Assembly (NCBI GenBank): GCA_964538945.1
Contig: CAZIGV010000013.1
Coordinates: 12,148-76,147, forward strand
DNA length: 64,000 bases
Direction of reading: 5' to 3'
From: an uncultured Hyphomonas sp.
GTDB taxonomy: Bacteria > Pseudomonadota > Alphaproteobacteria > Caulobacterales > Hyphomonadaceae
This document shows positions 41,926 to 52,731 of the stretch, piece by piece. Below the pieces are notes generated by a model, which saw nothing but the letters and a program-made list of their open reading frames with translations, was not told the origin of the DNA and made no database searches. Every line of letters begins with the position of its first letter. Positions within the stretch are counted from its first letter, which is position 1. A program made the translations under genes and the position numbers.

Positions 41926-43140
41926 ATGTCCGGCACAAGGTGCGTCTCGATTTTTGGATCCACAGGTTCGGTCGGCCAGTCGGCGATCGATGTGATCCGG
42001 CATGCCAATCAGTCTGAACCCCGGTTTGAACTTGTCGCCCTCGCATCCGGGCGCAATGCGGCCGCGCTGGCGGCCCAGGCGCTCGCGATAAAACCGCAGA
42101 TCGCGGTGATTGCTGACGAGACACAGCTGCCGGAACTGCGCCAGCGGCTGGAGGGCAGCGGCATCGAGGCGGCTGGCGGCCAGACGGCGATGATCGAGGC
42201 GGCGTCTCGGCCCTGCGACCGGTTCCTTGCGGCAATCGTTGGCGCCGCCGGGCTGAACTCGACGATGGCGGCTGTGGATGCGGGCAATCACCTGGCGCTG
42301 GCGAACAAGGAAAGCATCGTTTGCGCCGGTCACATCCTGATCGATGCCGCGCAGAGAAAGAACGTCTCGATCCTTCCTGTTGATTCCGAGCACAGCGCCA
42401 TTTTCCAGTGCATCGGCGATGGCCGCTCGCTTGAAAAGCTGACCCTGACCGCCTCGGGCGGACCCTTCCGGCTCGCAGGACTGGAAGAGATGGCCCGCGC
42501 AACGCCGGCGCAGGCCGCAGCCCATCCCAGATGGAGCATGGGTCTCAAGATCTCGATCGACAGCGCCAGCCTGATGAACAAGGCGCTCGAACTGATCGAG
42601 GCGGCGCTTCTGTTCAAGGTCGGCGCTGAGCGCGTCGATGTGCTGGTCCATCCCCAGTCGATCATTCATGGAATGGCTCACTTCACGGACGGCTCGGTGA
42701 TTGCCCAGCTGGGCGCGCCGGACATGCGAACGCCGATTTCGCTTGCTCTGGGCTGGCCTGACCGGATTGAGACACAGGTCGAACGCCTCGACCTCGGCCG
42801 GATCGGCCAGCTGGAGTTCGGGCCCGTCGACGGCGAGAGGTTCCGGTCGATTGACCTGGCCCGGGGCGCCTTCGGGCTGGGCCCGGCCGGCCCGGTGATA
42901 TTAAATTCTGCCAATGAAACCGCCGTCTCTGCCTTCGTAGAGGGTAAATGCGGTTTCCTGGATATCGCCTGGGCGGTTGAAGGCGCACTGGAGCGCTTTT
43001 CTTCCTCGGAATTCGCCTCTACCAAGTGCACAACGCTGGAAGAGGTGGCGTTTCTGGATCAGTTTGGCAGGCGACTTGCTGGAGACCTGCTGAAAAACGC
43101 TCCGAGCGGGGCAGGAGGACGTGCAACGTGGACGGCGTGA
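41926..43140 (+). CDS. dxr: 1-deoxy-D-xylulose 5-phosphate reductoisomerase
   Basis: GSTGSVG, LANKES, PVDSEH, TASGGPFR, HPRWSMGLKISIDSA, HPQSIIH. Confidence 0.97.
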   Translation: MSGTRCVSIFGSTGSVGQSAIDVIRHANQSEPRFELVALASGRNAAALAAQALAIKPQIAVIADETQLPELRQRLEGSGIEAAGGQTAMIEAASRPCDRFLAAIVGAAGLNSTMAAVDAGNHLALANKESIVCAGHILIDAAQRKNVSILPVDSEHSAIFQCIGDGRSLEKLTLTASGGPFRLAGLEEMARATPAQAAAHPRWSMGLKISIDSASLMNKALELIEAALLFKVGAERVDVLVHPQSIIHGMAHFTDGSVIAQLGAPDMRTPISLALGWPDRIETQVERLDLGRIGQLEFGPVDGERFRSIDLARGAFGLGPAGPVILNSANETAVSAFVEGKCGFLDIAWAVEGALERFSSSEFASTKCTTLEEVAFLDQFGRRLAGDLLKNAPSGAGGRATWTA

Positions 43141-44300
43141 TCGGCCAGGGCCCTTTGTTTCTTGCCTGCCTGGTGTTCCTCATGGGCATCGTCGTGGTTG
43201 TCCACGAACTGGGTCACTATCTCGCCGGGCGCGCCTTCGGGGTTGCGGTCGAATCTTTCTCGGTTGGCTTTGGCAGATCCGTTTTCGAACGCCGCGACCG
43301 GTCCGGCACGCGCTGGCGGATCAACTGGATCCCGCTGGGCGGCTTTGTGGCGTTCGCCGACAAGCGCTCGCTCGAGGAGGCGGCCGGGCAGGGGCAGCCG
43401 GCAGAGATCAGCGGCATTGCCTTTGATGAGCTCGGGCCCCTTAAGAAGATCGTCATCAGCCTGGCAGGTCCGTTTGCAAACTTTGTCCTCGCCGCGATGA
43501 TTTACGCGCTGTCATTCGGGGTTAATGGCGTTGCCGTACAGACCGTTCAGGTCGCTGCCACATTACCCGGAACGCCGGCGGAGCGCGCCGGAATCCTCGC
43601 CGGCGACCGTATCCTCGAAGTCGGCGGCAAGGCGATCCTCAACTCATCGGATGTGACCATTGCCGTCATGCTGAGCCCGAATACGCCGCTTGAACTTCGT
43701 CTGGAGCGCGCGGGCGAGCCGATCAGCCTGACCGTCATCCCGGAAGAGGTCGTTCGGGACAATCAGCTCGGGCAGCGGGTCGCGCAGAGCACGATCGGCA
43801 TTCAGATGATGACGACGGCCAGTCCTGAGCCTCTTCGCTATGGTCCGGGCCAGGCCGTTGTCGCCGGCGTTCAGGAGACCGGCATCGCGATCGAGCGCAC
43901 CGTGACGATGCTTGGACGGATCGTGACCGGAAACATGTCCTTCCACACCCTTTCAGGGCCCGTGGGTATCGGGGATGTCTCCCGCCGGGTCGTCAACACT
44001 GTTATGGACCGGCCGGACGTGCCCCTCCCGGACAGGCTGGAGCGTCTGTTCTGGGTCCTGCTCGGCCTGTGTGCGGCCATCTCTGTGGGTGTCGGCTTTT
44101 TCAACCTCCTGCCACTGCCAGTGCTGGATGGCGGGAGGGTTGTGTTTCATGCATACGAAGCCGTGGTCGGCGCAAAAATGCCAGGCCAGATTGAGGCTAT
44201 GGCGCTGCGTGTGGGAGTGTTCGTCTTGGTGGCGATGGTGATCGCGATCACGTGGGGAGACATTCTCGAAACCGGCGTCTTCGACCGAGGACCGAGCTGA
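43128..44300 (+). CDS. rseP: RIP metalloprotease RseP (site-2 protease, PDZ)
   Basis: HELGH, FSVGFG, IPLGGFV, AGPFAN, NLLPLPVLDGG. GTG 43128 after AGGAGGA. Confidence 0.94.
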   Translation: MDGVIGQGPLFLACLVFLMGIVVVVHELGHYLAGRAFGVAVESFSVGFGRSVFERRDRSGTRWRINWIPLGGFVAFADKRSLEEAAGQGQPAEISGIAFDELGPLKKIVISLAGPFANFVLAAMIYALSFGVNGVAVQTVQVAATLPGTPAERAGILAGDRILEVGGKAILNSSDVTIAVMLSPNTPLELRLERAGEPISLTVIPEEVVRDNQLGQRVAQSTIGIQMMTTASPEPLRYGPGQAVVAGVQETGIAIERTVTMLGRIVTGNMSFHTLSGPVGIGDVSRRVVNTVMDRPDVPLPDRLERLFWVLLGLCAAISVGVGFFNLLPLPVLDGGRVVFHAYEAVVGAKMPGQIEAMALRVGVFVLVAMVIAITWGDILETGVFDRGPS

Positions 44301-44335
44301 CCCTGGTCGGCTCCAGAACGAGAGAGTATCCGATC

Positions 44336-46900
44336 ATGCGTAAATTCCTCGTAGCGACAGTTCTCGCGACCAGCGTGTTTGCGCTCGGCGGCGCAGGCCG
44401 GCTTGTCGAAGCCCGCGCCCAGGAGGACAGCCGCTATGGCGGCACGATCCGCTCCATCCTCGTCGAAGGCAACAAGCGGATCGAGGCGCGCACGGTTCAG
44501 TCCTATCTGCTGCTCGAGCCCGGCGATGCGTTTGACCCGGACCGGATCGACCTCTCCCTGAAAACACTGTTTGCGACGAACCTCTTTGCGGACGTCTCGA
44601 TCGATCGTCGCGGCGATGACCTTGTCGTGCGGGTGGTGGAGAACCCGATCATCAACCGGGTGATTTTCGAAGGTAACCGCGCCCTCAAGGACGACAAGCT
44701 GCGTGAGGAAATCCAGGCCGCACCGCGCGGCGTGTTCACCGCGGCGCGGGTCCAGTCCGATGTCCAGCGGGTTCTGGAACTGTATCGGCGGTCCGGGCGT
44801 TTTGCGGCCAAGGTGGAGCCGCAGTACAAGCCGCTTGAACAAAACCGCGTTGACCTGATTTTCGAGATTACCGAAGGCCCGGTGACCGGCGTGCGGTCAA
44901 TCAACTTCATCGGAAACAACGCCTATTCCGACTCCCGCCTGCGCAGCGAGATCGTGACGCGCCAGTCGCGCTTCTGGCGGTTTTTCAGCTCCAACGACAA
45001 TTATGATTCCGGCCGCCTGGAGTTTGACCGCGAACAGCTGCGCGAGTTCTATCAGAACAACGGCTATTATGATTTCCGGGTGACCTCGGCTGTCGCCGAA
45101 CTGACGCCGGATCAGAAGGACTTCTATGTCACCTTCACGGTTGATGAAGGCCGTCAGTATGATTTCGGCGTGATCAAGGTCGAAACCGCGCTCGAAAAAC
45201 TCGATGGCAATGTTCTGGCAGCCGTCGTGCCGATCCAGGAAGGCGACCTGTTCCGCGGAAACCTGATCGAAACCACGATCGATTCGCTGACATATGCCGC
45301 CGGTGTGGCAGGCTATGCCTTCGTGGATATCCGTCCGCAGATCAGTGTGAACGAAGAAACCGGCCGGATCGATATCACCTTCGCCATTGATGAAGGCCCG
45401 CGTGTCTATATCGACCGTATCAATATCGTCGGTAACACCCAGACGCTCGACCGTGTGATCCGCCGGGAACTCCGGATCGCAGAGGGCGACGCCTTCAACC
45501 GCATCCTGCTTGACCGCTCCCGCAACCGGATCCGCGCGCTGGGCTTCTTCAAGGACGTGGAAGTCGTCGAGACGCCCGCCGAGGAGCCGGACCGCACCAT
45601 CGTCGATATCAAAGTCGAGGAACAGTCGACCGGCGAGCTGTCCTTCGCTGCGGGCTTTTCATCCGTCGATGCCTATCTGTTCGATCTGAGTGCCTCGCAG
45701 CGCAACCTGAGAGGGCGTGGCCAGTCGGTTGTGGCGCGCACCTCGCTGTCCAGTCGCCAGCAGATCGTTGACCTTCGTTTTACCGAGCCTCGCTTCCTGG
45801 ACCGCAATCTGTCTGCGGGTGTTGACCTCTTCGCCACCACGCAGGACTTCGAGGAGTTCACAGGCTTTACGAGTGAAACGATCGGCGGGGGTGTCAGGGT
45901 GGCGTTCCCTCTCAACGACCGTATGCAGATGGGGCTCAGCTACCGTCTGCAGGGCGATGATGTGAACATCACAGACCGCAATATCGTCATCGACGCCAGT
46001 GGCGCACTCCTGAGAAGCTTCACCCAGACAGCCGGTCAGTCGACACCGGATGATTTTTCAGATGACGAGTTCCGCGAGCCTGTGCCCTCTGATGCGGGCC
46101 CGGGCGAATCGGTCGTAGATATCTGCGATCCGGCCTATACGCTGCGCGACACCATCTGCCGCTCTGAACGCAGCGACATCTCGAGCATCGTGGGTTACAA
46201 TTTCTTCTGGGATCAGACGAACGACCCGATCACACCAACGCGCGGCTTTGACTTCCGGTTCAGCCAGGATGTCGCAGGCCTCGGCGGTGATGTCAGATAT
46301 GTCCGTACCGAGACGGGGGCAACCTTCTATCGCGGCATCTGGCGCGATGTGGTGGCCAGCGCGAAGTTCGCCGGCGGCTATGTGCTTCCGCTGGATGAAG
46401 AGCAGGGCGTCAGGATCAACAACCGCTTCTTCCGCGGCGGCAGCACGTTCCGCGGGTTCGATGTCGCCGGCCTTGGCCCGCGCGAGATCCTCCGGATTTT
46501 TGATCCCGCCACCGGCGAAGTCATCCAGACGCGCAGCCTCAACTCTCTCGGCGGCAATGCCTATTACCTCGGAACCTTTGAGCTTTCGGTCCCGAACTTC
46601 CTTCCGGAAGAGTATGGCATCAAGAGTGCCCTGTTTGCCGATGTCGGCTCGCTGGGCATGCTTGAAGATGTCGACAAGGGCACCCCGCTCCTGATCAACG
46701 ATGCCTCCTCGCTCGGCTTTCCGGGCCTGTCGGCCGTGCGCATTCCCAAGGATGCCGCGTCGCTGCGCGCTTCGGCCGGTCTCAGCGTTTTCTGGGATTC
46801 GCCCTTTGGCCCGATCCGGTTCGACTTCGCGCAGATCCTTCGCAAGGAAGAGTATGACCGTACCGAATCCTTCCGCTTCTCAACCTCAACCCAGTTCTGA
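44336..46900 (+). CDS. bamA: Outer membrane protein assembly factor BamA
   Basis: POTRA repeats (GNKRIE, GNTQTLDRVIRRE), FRGF, SPFGPIRF, C-terminal Phe. Start ATG 44336. Confidence 0.96.
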   Translation: MRKFLVATVLATSVFALGGAGRLVEARAQEDSRYGGTIRSILVEGNKRIEARTVQSYLLLEPGDAFDPDRIDLSLKTLFATNLFADVSIDRRGDDLVVRVVENPIINRVIFEGNRALKDDKLREEIQAAPRGVFTAARVQSDVQRVLELYRRSGRFAAKVEPQYKPLEQNRVDLIFEITEGPVTGVRSINFIGNNAYSDSRLRSEIVTRQSRFWRFFSSNDNYDSGRLEFDREQLREFYQNNGYYDFRVTSAVAELTPDQKDFYVTFTVDEGRQYDFGVIKVETALEKLDGNVLAAVVPIQEGDLFRGNLIETTIDSLTYAAGVAGYAFVDIRPQISVNEETGRIDITFAIDEGPRVYIDRINIVGNTQTLDRVIRRELRIAEGDAFNRILLDRSRNRIRALGFFKDVEVVETPAEEPDRTIVDIKVEEQSTGELSFAAGFSSVDAYLFDLSASQRNLRGRGQSVVARTSLSSRQQIVDLRFTEPRFLDRNLSAGVDLFATTQDFEEFTGFTSETIGGGVRVAFPLNDRMQMGLSYRLQGDDVNITDRNIVIDASGALLRSFTQTAGQSTPDDFSDDEFREPVPSDAGPGESVVDICDPAYTLRDTICRSERSDISSIVGYNFFWDQTNDPITPTRGFDFRFSQDVAGLGGDVRYVRTETGATFYRGIWRDVVASAKFAGGYVLPLDEEQGVRINNRFFRGGSTFRGFDVAGLGPREILRIFDPATGEVIQTRSLNSLGGNAYYLGTFELSVPNFLPEEYGIKSALFADVGSLGMLEDVDKGTPLLINDASSLGFPGLSAVRIPKDAASLRASAGLSVFWDSPFGPIRFDFAQILRKEEYDRTESFRFSTSTQF

Positions 46901-46928
46901 ACGCGCCAGCTCCAACGAGGAAACTCCA

Positions 46929-47516
46929 ATGATCAAATTCAAAAGCGTCTTCGCCGCGATCGCTCTCCTGACGGGCCCGGCCATGGTCACCGCGCCAATC
47001 GCCTCGGCTCAGGGCACCGTTGTGATGGTCATCGATGAAGGCCAGATCCTTGCCAACAGCAAGGCCGGCAAGGACATGTTCACGAAGCTCCAGAACATCG
47101 AGAACCAGATCAATCTCGAACTGAAAACGCCGCGCGAAGCCATTCAGGCCGACCGTGCCGCCCTGGCGGCCAAGGTCGACGGCAAGACGCAGGAGGCGAT
47201 CCTGTCGGATGCAGCGCTCGTTGCCCAGCTTGAGGCCTTCCAGAAAAAAGCCGCTGAGTTTGCCGCCCAGCGACAGACCGTGACCCAGGAATACGCCGCC
47301 ACCGAACAGAAGGCGTTCAGCGACTTCAACAAGGCGCTGGAGCCTGTCCTGCTTGAAGTGGTCAAGGAGAAGGGGGCTCAGCTGGTTGTGTCAAAAGGAG
47401 AGGTGGTCTTCTCGGCGGATACGATTGACGCCTCTTCGGCCATCATCGCGAAGCTCGACCAGAAGACCCCCGCCATAACCGTCGTGCGCCAGCGCGCCCC
47501 GGCCCCGGCCAACTGA
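46929..47516 (+). CDS. skp: OmpH/Skp family periplasmic chaperone
   Basis: Signal peptide, [15 protein letters not shown], long helical region, position between bamA and lpxD. Start ATG 46929. Confidence 0.8.
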   Translation: MIKFKSVFAAIALLTGPAMVTAPIASAQGTVVMVIDEGQILANSKAGKDMFTKLQNIENQINLELKTPREAIQADRAALAAKVDGKTQEAILSDAALVAQLEAFQKKAAEFAAQRQTVTQEYAATEQKAFSDFNKALEPVLLEVVKEKGAQLVVSKGEVVFSADTIDASSAIIAKLDQKTPAITVVRQRAPAPAN

Positions 47517-47535
47517 ACCCGGAGACGCGACGCGC

Positions 47536-48555
47536 GTGACCGCAGATCCCCGGTTCTATCTGCCATTGGGGCCTCTGACGCTGGAGACGGCTGCGGCACG
47601 CACATCGGCTGAGCTGGTCGGTGAGCCGGACCGGGTGATTTCCGGCATCGCGGCGGCAGACAGCGCAAAGCCGGGCGAGCTCGCCTTTCTCGAAGGGGAT
47701 GGGCAGGGTCATCCCGCGCTGAGCCCTAAGATCGATATGCTTGTCGTCTCGCCGGCGGGGCGCGCCCGTGTTCCGGAAGGCGCCGCCTGCCTCGTCTCCC
47801 GGACGCCGCGTTATACACACGGCCAGATCGGCCTGATGTTGTTCAGGCCGCGCCATCTGGAGCCCTGGGGCACAGATCTGATTTCATCTGAGGCGAGGGT
47901 GCATCCGGGCGCGATCATTGGTCCGGGCGCGGTTGTGGGACCGGGCGCGGCGATCGGGGAAGGCAGCGTGATTGGCCCGAATGCGGTCATCGGGCCGGGA
48001 GTGCAGATCGGCCGTCACTGCCAGATAGGCCCCGGCGCCAGTCTTGTCTGTGCCCTGGTCGGAGACAGGGTGACCCTGCTCGCCGGTGCGAGGATTGGCG
48101 AAAGCGGCTTTGGTGTCACGCAGGGCCCTCAGGGACTTGAAGATGCCCCGCATTTCGGACGGGTGATTCTCCAGGATCATGTATCCGTTGGGGCCAATAC
48201 CTGCATTGATCGCGGTGCGTTCGCAGACACGATCATCGGTGAGCGCACCCGCATCGATAATCTGTGTCAGATCGCCCATAATGTCGTTCTCGGGCGCTCC
48301 GTGATTGTCGCGGCCTTCGGCGGCATATCCGGGTCTGTCCGGGTCGGAGAGGGGGCGATGCTCGGCGGACGGGTGGGCATCGCGGACCACGTCACGGTCG
48401 GCGACGGCGTCAGCCTCGCTGCATCCGCAGGCCTGTTCCGGGACGTGGCGGCCGGTGAGACCTGGGGCGGCACGCCTGCCAAGCCGATCCGCCAGTGGAT
48501 GCGGGAAGTCGCCTGGCTGAACAGGCAGGCCAGCGCGCCCAGGAAGCATGATTGA
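47536..48555 (+). CDS. lpxD: UDP-3-O-acylglucosamine N-acyltransferase
   Basis: Hexapeptide repeats, [23 protein letters not shown]. Confidence 0.95.
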   Translation: MTADPRFYLPLGPLTLETAAARTSAELVGEPDRVISGIAAADSAKPGELAFLEGDGQGHPALSPKIDMLVVSPAGRARVPEGAACLVSRTPRYTHGQIGLMLFRPRHLEPWGTDLISSEARVHPGAIIGPGAVVGPGAAIGEGSVIGPNAVIGPGVQIGRHCQIGPGASLVCALVGDRVTLLAGARIGESGFGVTQGPQGLEDAPHFGRVILQDHVSVGANTCIDRGAFADTIIGERTRIDNLCQIAHNVVLGRSVIVAAFGGISGSVRVGEGAMLGGRVGIADHVTVGDGVSLAASAGLFRDVAAGETWGGTPAKPIRQWMREVAWLNRQASAPRKHD

Positions 48556-48594
48556 GCGGTGGCCTGATAACATTCGCACTGGTAACGAAACATC

Positions 48595-49386
48595 ATGAAC
48601 ACGCTTGTGCATCCCTCTGCTGTTATCGAGGACGGCGCCATTCTGCATGACGGCGTCACGATCGGGCCCTTCTGTCATGTTGGTCCGCGCGCGGTACTGG
48701 GCGCCGGAACCCGTCTGATCTCCCATGCCAGTGTCATCGGCAGCACGACCCTGGGCGCCGGCTGCACCCTGCACCCGCATGCGGTCCTCGGCGGAATACC
48801 CCAGGTGATCGGCCTGGCCGATACCCCGGACTCGCGCCTCGAAATCGGGGAGGGATGCGTTTTTCGGGAATATGCGACGGCGCATACCGGCATGCCGAAG
48901 TTTGGCGGCCTCACCCGGGTGGGGGCCAACTGCTATATCATGATCGGGGCGCATATCGCGCACGACTGCCAGATCGGCAGCCATGTCGTGATGGCCAACA
49001 ATGTTTCCCTCGCCGGACACATTGAGGTCGGTGACAATGTCTGGTTTGGCGGGCTTGCCGCCGTGCATCAGTTCAGCCGCATCGGGCGAAACGCGTTTAT
49101 CGGAGGCGGGGCAATCGTTGTGGAAGATGTCATCCCCTTCGGCTCGGTTGTCGGTAACCATGCCAGGCTCGCAGGTCTCAACACCGTCGGCCTGAAGCGC
49201 CGTGGGTTTTCCAAGGCCGACCTCCATCAGATACGGTCTGCCTACAAGGCCGTATTCGAAGGCGGGGGCTTGTTCAGGGACCGGCTCGAGGCGGCGGCGG
49301 TGACCTTCGCAGATCAGCCGCTCGCCCTGGAACTGGTGAACTTCATCCGGGACGGTGGTGACCGCCCGATCTGCAAGCCGGCCTGA
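48595..49386 (+). CDS. lpxA: UDP-N-acetylglucosamine O-acyltransferase
   Basis: VHPSAVIE, IGPFC, HIAHDC, LAGHIEV, AVHQFSRIG, GLKRRGF. Confidence 0.96.
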   Translation: MNTLVHPSAVIEDGAILHDGVTIGPFCHVGPRAVLGAGTRLISHASVIGSTTLGAGCTLHPHAVLGGIPQVIGLADTPDSRLEIGEGCVFREYATAHTGMPKFGGLTRVGANCYIMIGAHIAHDCQIGSHVVMANNVSLAGHIEVGDNVWFGGLAAVHQFSRIGRNAFIGGGAIVVEDVIPFGSVVGNHARLAGLNTVGLKRRGFSKADLHQIRSAYKAVFEGGGLFRDRLEAAAVTFADQPLALELVNFIRDGGDRPICKPA

Positions 49387-49390
49387 TCGG

Positions 49391-50242
49391 ATGACCGAGC
49401 CGCTGGGACTGATCGCGGGGCTTGGTGACTTACCCGTCGCCATCGCCGAGAATGCCGTCTCCACGGGACAGGGGGTGCATGTCCTGCGGATCAGGGGTTT
49501 CGAGGAGCCGCGCCTTGCGGCCTATCCGGGCAGTGTGGTTGGCCTTGGCGAAGTTGGCGCCGTCATCGCCCGGCTGAAAGCGGCAGGTTGCCGCGACCTG
49601 GTTTTCGCAGGCAATGTCCGTCGGCCGAACTTCTCCGACCTCAAGCTCGATCTCAAGGGAGCGGCGCTCCTGCCCAGGGTGATCCGTCAGGCCCGGCATG
49701 GAGATGATGCGCTGCTGCGGGTGCTCGTCGATGAGTTTGAACGCCATGGCTTCAATGTGATCGGAAGCGAAGAGGCGCATGCGGCGCTGCTGGCTCCGGC
49801 GGGACTGATCGCCGGGGCGCCCCTGTCTGAGGCCGACAGGGCAGATCTGGAAGTCGCTGCCCGTGTTGCCGCAGCCATCGGCGGGCTCGACATCGGTCAG
49901 GCCTGCATCGTCTGTGAGGGTCTTGTTCTGGCGGTTGAAGCCCAGGAGGGCACAGATGAGATGCTGCGCCGGTGCCGCGCCCTGCCGCCTGAGATCCGGG
50001 GCAGCGCGGGCGCGAGACGCGGCGTTCTGGTCAAGCGGCCGAAGCCCTTGCAGGAACGCCGGATAGATCTTCCGACAACAGGCCTGTCCACAGTCGAGCT
50101 TGCGGCCGCGGCCGGCCTTTCGGGAATTGGTGTGGAAGCGGGGGGCGCTCTGATGCTCAATCGTCCGGCCATGGAGGCGCGCGCGCGCGAACTCGGCGTA
50201 TTCCTTTACGGATTCCCGCCTGATCTCGGCATGGGTCAATAA
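49391..50242 (+). CDS. lpxI: UDP-2,3-diacylglucosamine pyrophosphatase LpxI
   Basis: LIAGLGDLP, DIGQACIV, LAVEAQEGTD, DLPTTG. Between lpxA and lpxB. Start ATG 49391. Confidence 0.9.
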   Translation: MTEPLGLIAGLGDLPVAIAENAVSTGQGVHVLRIRGFEEPRLAAYPGSVVGLGEVGAVIARLKAAGCRDLVFAGNVRRPNFSDLKLDLKGAALLPRVIRQARHGDDALLRVLVDEFERHGFNVIGSEEAHAALLAPAGLIAGAPLSEADRADLEVAARVAAAIGGLDIGQACIVCEGLVLAVEAQEGTDEMLRRCRALPPEIRGSAGARRGVLVKRPKPLQERRIDLPTTGLSTVELAAAAGLSGIGVEAGGALMLNRPAMEARARELGVFLYGFPPDLGMGQ

Positions 50243-51393
50243 TGTCCGTTTACATCGTCGCTGCGGAAGCTTCGGGTGACCTGCTGGCACGGGAAGTCGT
50301 TGAATATCTGCGCCGCAAGGCACCCGGAATACGAATTGACGGGATTGGCGGCGCCGAAATGGCACTGGCCGGTATCACCTCCCCGATCGATATCTCGCCA
50401 CTTTCCGTCCTCGGATTTGTTGAGGGCATGAAAGCCTACACCGCAGTCGTCCGGCTGGCCGATCAGGCTGCGGACGATATCTGCGCCAGGAAACCCCGCA
50501 TCGTTGTGCTGGTCGACTCCTGGGGGTTCATGCTGCGGGTCGCTCAGCGCGTCCGGGCCCGCGACCCCTCCATCCGCCTTGTCAAGCTCATCGGGCCGCA
50601 GGTCTGGGCCACACGCGCCGGCCGCGCCAGGACACTCGCCGCAACCGTCGACCATCTGATCTGCATGCACGACATCGAGGTGCCCTACTACGCGCCCTTT
50701 GGCCTGAAGGTCACGGTCATGGGAAATCCGGCCCTGACGCGCAGCGCCCGGGGTGACGGCGCCGCCTTTCGTAAGGCCCATGGCCTGACCGGGGCCGGTC
50801 CGGTTCTCCTTGTCCTGCCGGGCAGCCGGCGCAGCGAGATTGCCAGCGTGGCGCCCGTGCTGATGGCGGCCGCGCGGCGCATCAAGGCGCAGCGGCCAGA
50901 CGTGCATGTCCTTGTCCAGCCTGCCGCATCGATCGCTTCCGGCTTCCGGGAGCGGTTTTCGGACATCAGCGCCTGGGCCAGCCTGAGCCTGAACCCGGCC
51001 GAACGTTATGACGCGATGGCGGCGGCGGACATTGCCCTCGCCTGTTCGGGTACGGTGACCAGCGAGGTCGCCATGCAGGGGGCTGCCCTGATCGTTGGCT
51101 ACCGGACCGGCTGGATCACCTGGGCGCTTGCGCGGGGCCTGCTTTACAGCAAGACCCATATCACCCTGCTGAACATCCTGAACGGGGATCAGGAAATCGT
51201 TCCGGAGTTTGTCCAGACCCGCCTCGATGAGGGGCTGATTGCGGGCAAGGCACTGGACTGGCTTGCCGATCCTGAGGTCCTGGCGGACCAGAGACGGCGC
51301 CAGGCGGAAGCCCTCAGGGCTCTGGTCCGACCGGGCAAGCCTGCCGCTCAGATCGCGGCAGAGGCTATTCTGGACGAAGCCGGGCCGGCTTAA
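50242..51393 (+). CDS. lpxB: Lipid-A-disaccharide synthase
   Basis: [34 protein letters not shown]. Confidence 0.94.
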   Translation: MSVYIVAAEASGDLLAREVVEYLRRKAPGIRIDGIGGAEMALAGITSPIDISPLSVLGFVEGMKAYTAVVRLADQAADDICARKPRIVVLVDSWGFMLRVAQRVRARDPSIRLVKLIGPQVWATRAGRARTLAATVDHLICMHDIEVPYYAPFGLKVTVMGNPALTRSARGDGAAFRKAHGLTGAGPVLLVLPGSRRSEIASVAPVLMAAARRIKAQRPDVHVLVQPAASIASGFRERFSDISAWASLSLNPAERYDAMAAADIALACSGTVTSEVAMQGAALIVGYRTGWITWALARGLLYSKTHITLLNILNGDQEIVPEFVQTRLDEGLIAGKALDWLADPEVLADQRRRQAEALRALVRPGKPAAQIAAEAILDEAGPA

Positions 51394-52694
51394 CGGCCGG
51401 TGATCTCAACATAGTCGCGTTTCGGTGCTCCGGTATAAATCTGCCGCGGACGGCCGATCTTCTGGGTCGGATCTTCCAGCATCTCATTGAGCTGCGAAAC
51501 CCAGCCGACAGTGCGCGCCACCGCAAACAGGACGGTGAACATCTTGGTCGGGAAGCCCATGGCTTCCAGAATGATGCCCGAATAGAAGTCGACATTGGGG
51601 TAGAGCTTCTTTTCGATGAAATAGTCGTCCTGCAGCGCGATCCGCTCCAGCTCCATGGCCACCTGCAGAAGCGGGCTGTCGCGCAGGTCGAGCGCATCGA
51701 GGACCTCGTGGCAGGTCTTCTGCATGACTTTGGCGCGCGGGTCGTAATTCTTGTAGACCCGATGACCAAAGCCCATCAGCCGGATGCCGCTGGACTTGTC
51801 CTTCGCCATCTTGACGAAATCCGCCACCTTATCGAGCGTGCCGATCTCCCGGAGCTGGCGCAGCGCGGCTTCATTGGCCCCGCCATGGCTTGGTCCCCAG
51901 AGACTGGCGACGCCGGCAGCGATCGCCGCAAAGGGGTGGGCGCCCGAGGAGGCCACAAGGCGCACGGTGGAGGTCGACGCATTCTGCTCGTGGTCCGCGT
52001 GAAGCATGAAGAACCGGTCCATCGCGCGGGCGAGGATGGGATTGATTTCATAGTCCTCAGCCGTGACCGAGAAGCACATGTTGATGAAGTTTTCCGAATA
52101 GGAAAACCTGTTCAGCGGATCGATGAAGCGCTGTCCGAGATTGTACTTCATGCAACGGGCCGCGAGCGTCGGAAGCTTGGCGATAAGCCGGATCGAGCTG
52201 ATGCGGCGTTCTTCCGGGTCCTCATTGCCCATGGCGCCCGGATAGAAGGCTGCCATCCCGCCGACCGCTCCGGTCAGCATCGCCATCGGATGGCTGTCAC
52301 GGCGGAAACCATCGAAGAACCGGTCCTGCTGGGTGTGCAGAAGCGTATGCTGGCGGATCTCACGCCAGAAGGCATCATATTCTGTCTTGGTCGGCAGCTG
52401 ACCGTTCAGGAGCAGGTAGCACAGTTCGATATAGTTCGACTTTTCGGCGAGCTGTTCGATCGGATAGCCGCGGTGCAGCAGCACCCCCTCATCACCATCA
52501 ATAAAGGTGATCTGGCTCTCGCAGCTGCCGGTCGAGGTGAAGCCGGGATCGAGGGTAAAGTGATTGGTCTCGCCATAGAGCTTGCGGATGTCGATGACAT
52601 CCGGGCCATGCGTGCCAGAATACACAGGCAGCTCCACTGTCTTGCCGGCGACCTCCAGCCTGGCCTTGCCCGCGTTCTTTACCTTGTTTTCCAT
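51390..52694 (-). CDS. gltA: Citrate synthase
   Basis: [41 protein letters not shown]. Confidence 0.98.
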   Translation of the reverse strand: MENKVKNAGKARLEVAGKTVELPVYSGTHGPDVIDIRKLYGETNHFTLDPGFTSTGSCESQITFIDGDEGVLLHRGYPIEQLAEKSNYIELCYLLLNGQLPTKTEYDAFWREIRQHTLLHTQQDRFFDGFRRDSHPMAMLTGAVGGMAAFYPGAMGNEDPEERRISSIRLIAKLPTLAARCMKYNLGQRFIDPLNRFSYSENFINMCFSVTAEDYEINPILARAMDRFFMLHADHEQNASTSTVRLVASSGAHPFAAIAAGVASLWGPSHGGANEAALRQLREIGTLDKVADFVKMAKDKSSGIRLMGFGHRVYKNYDPRAKVMQKTCHEVLDALDLRDSPLLQVAMELERIALQDDYFIEKKLYPNVDFYSGIILEAMGFPTKMFTVLFAVARTVGWVSQLNEMLEDPTQKIGRPRQIYTGAPKRDYVEITGR

Positions 52695-52731
52695 CAGCTC
52701 TTTCCCTGTCCAATCCTGCTCTTGTCACGCC

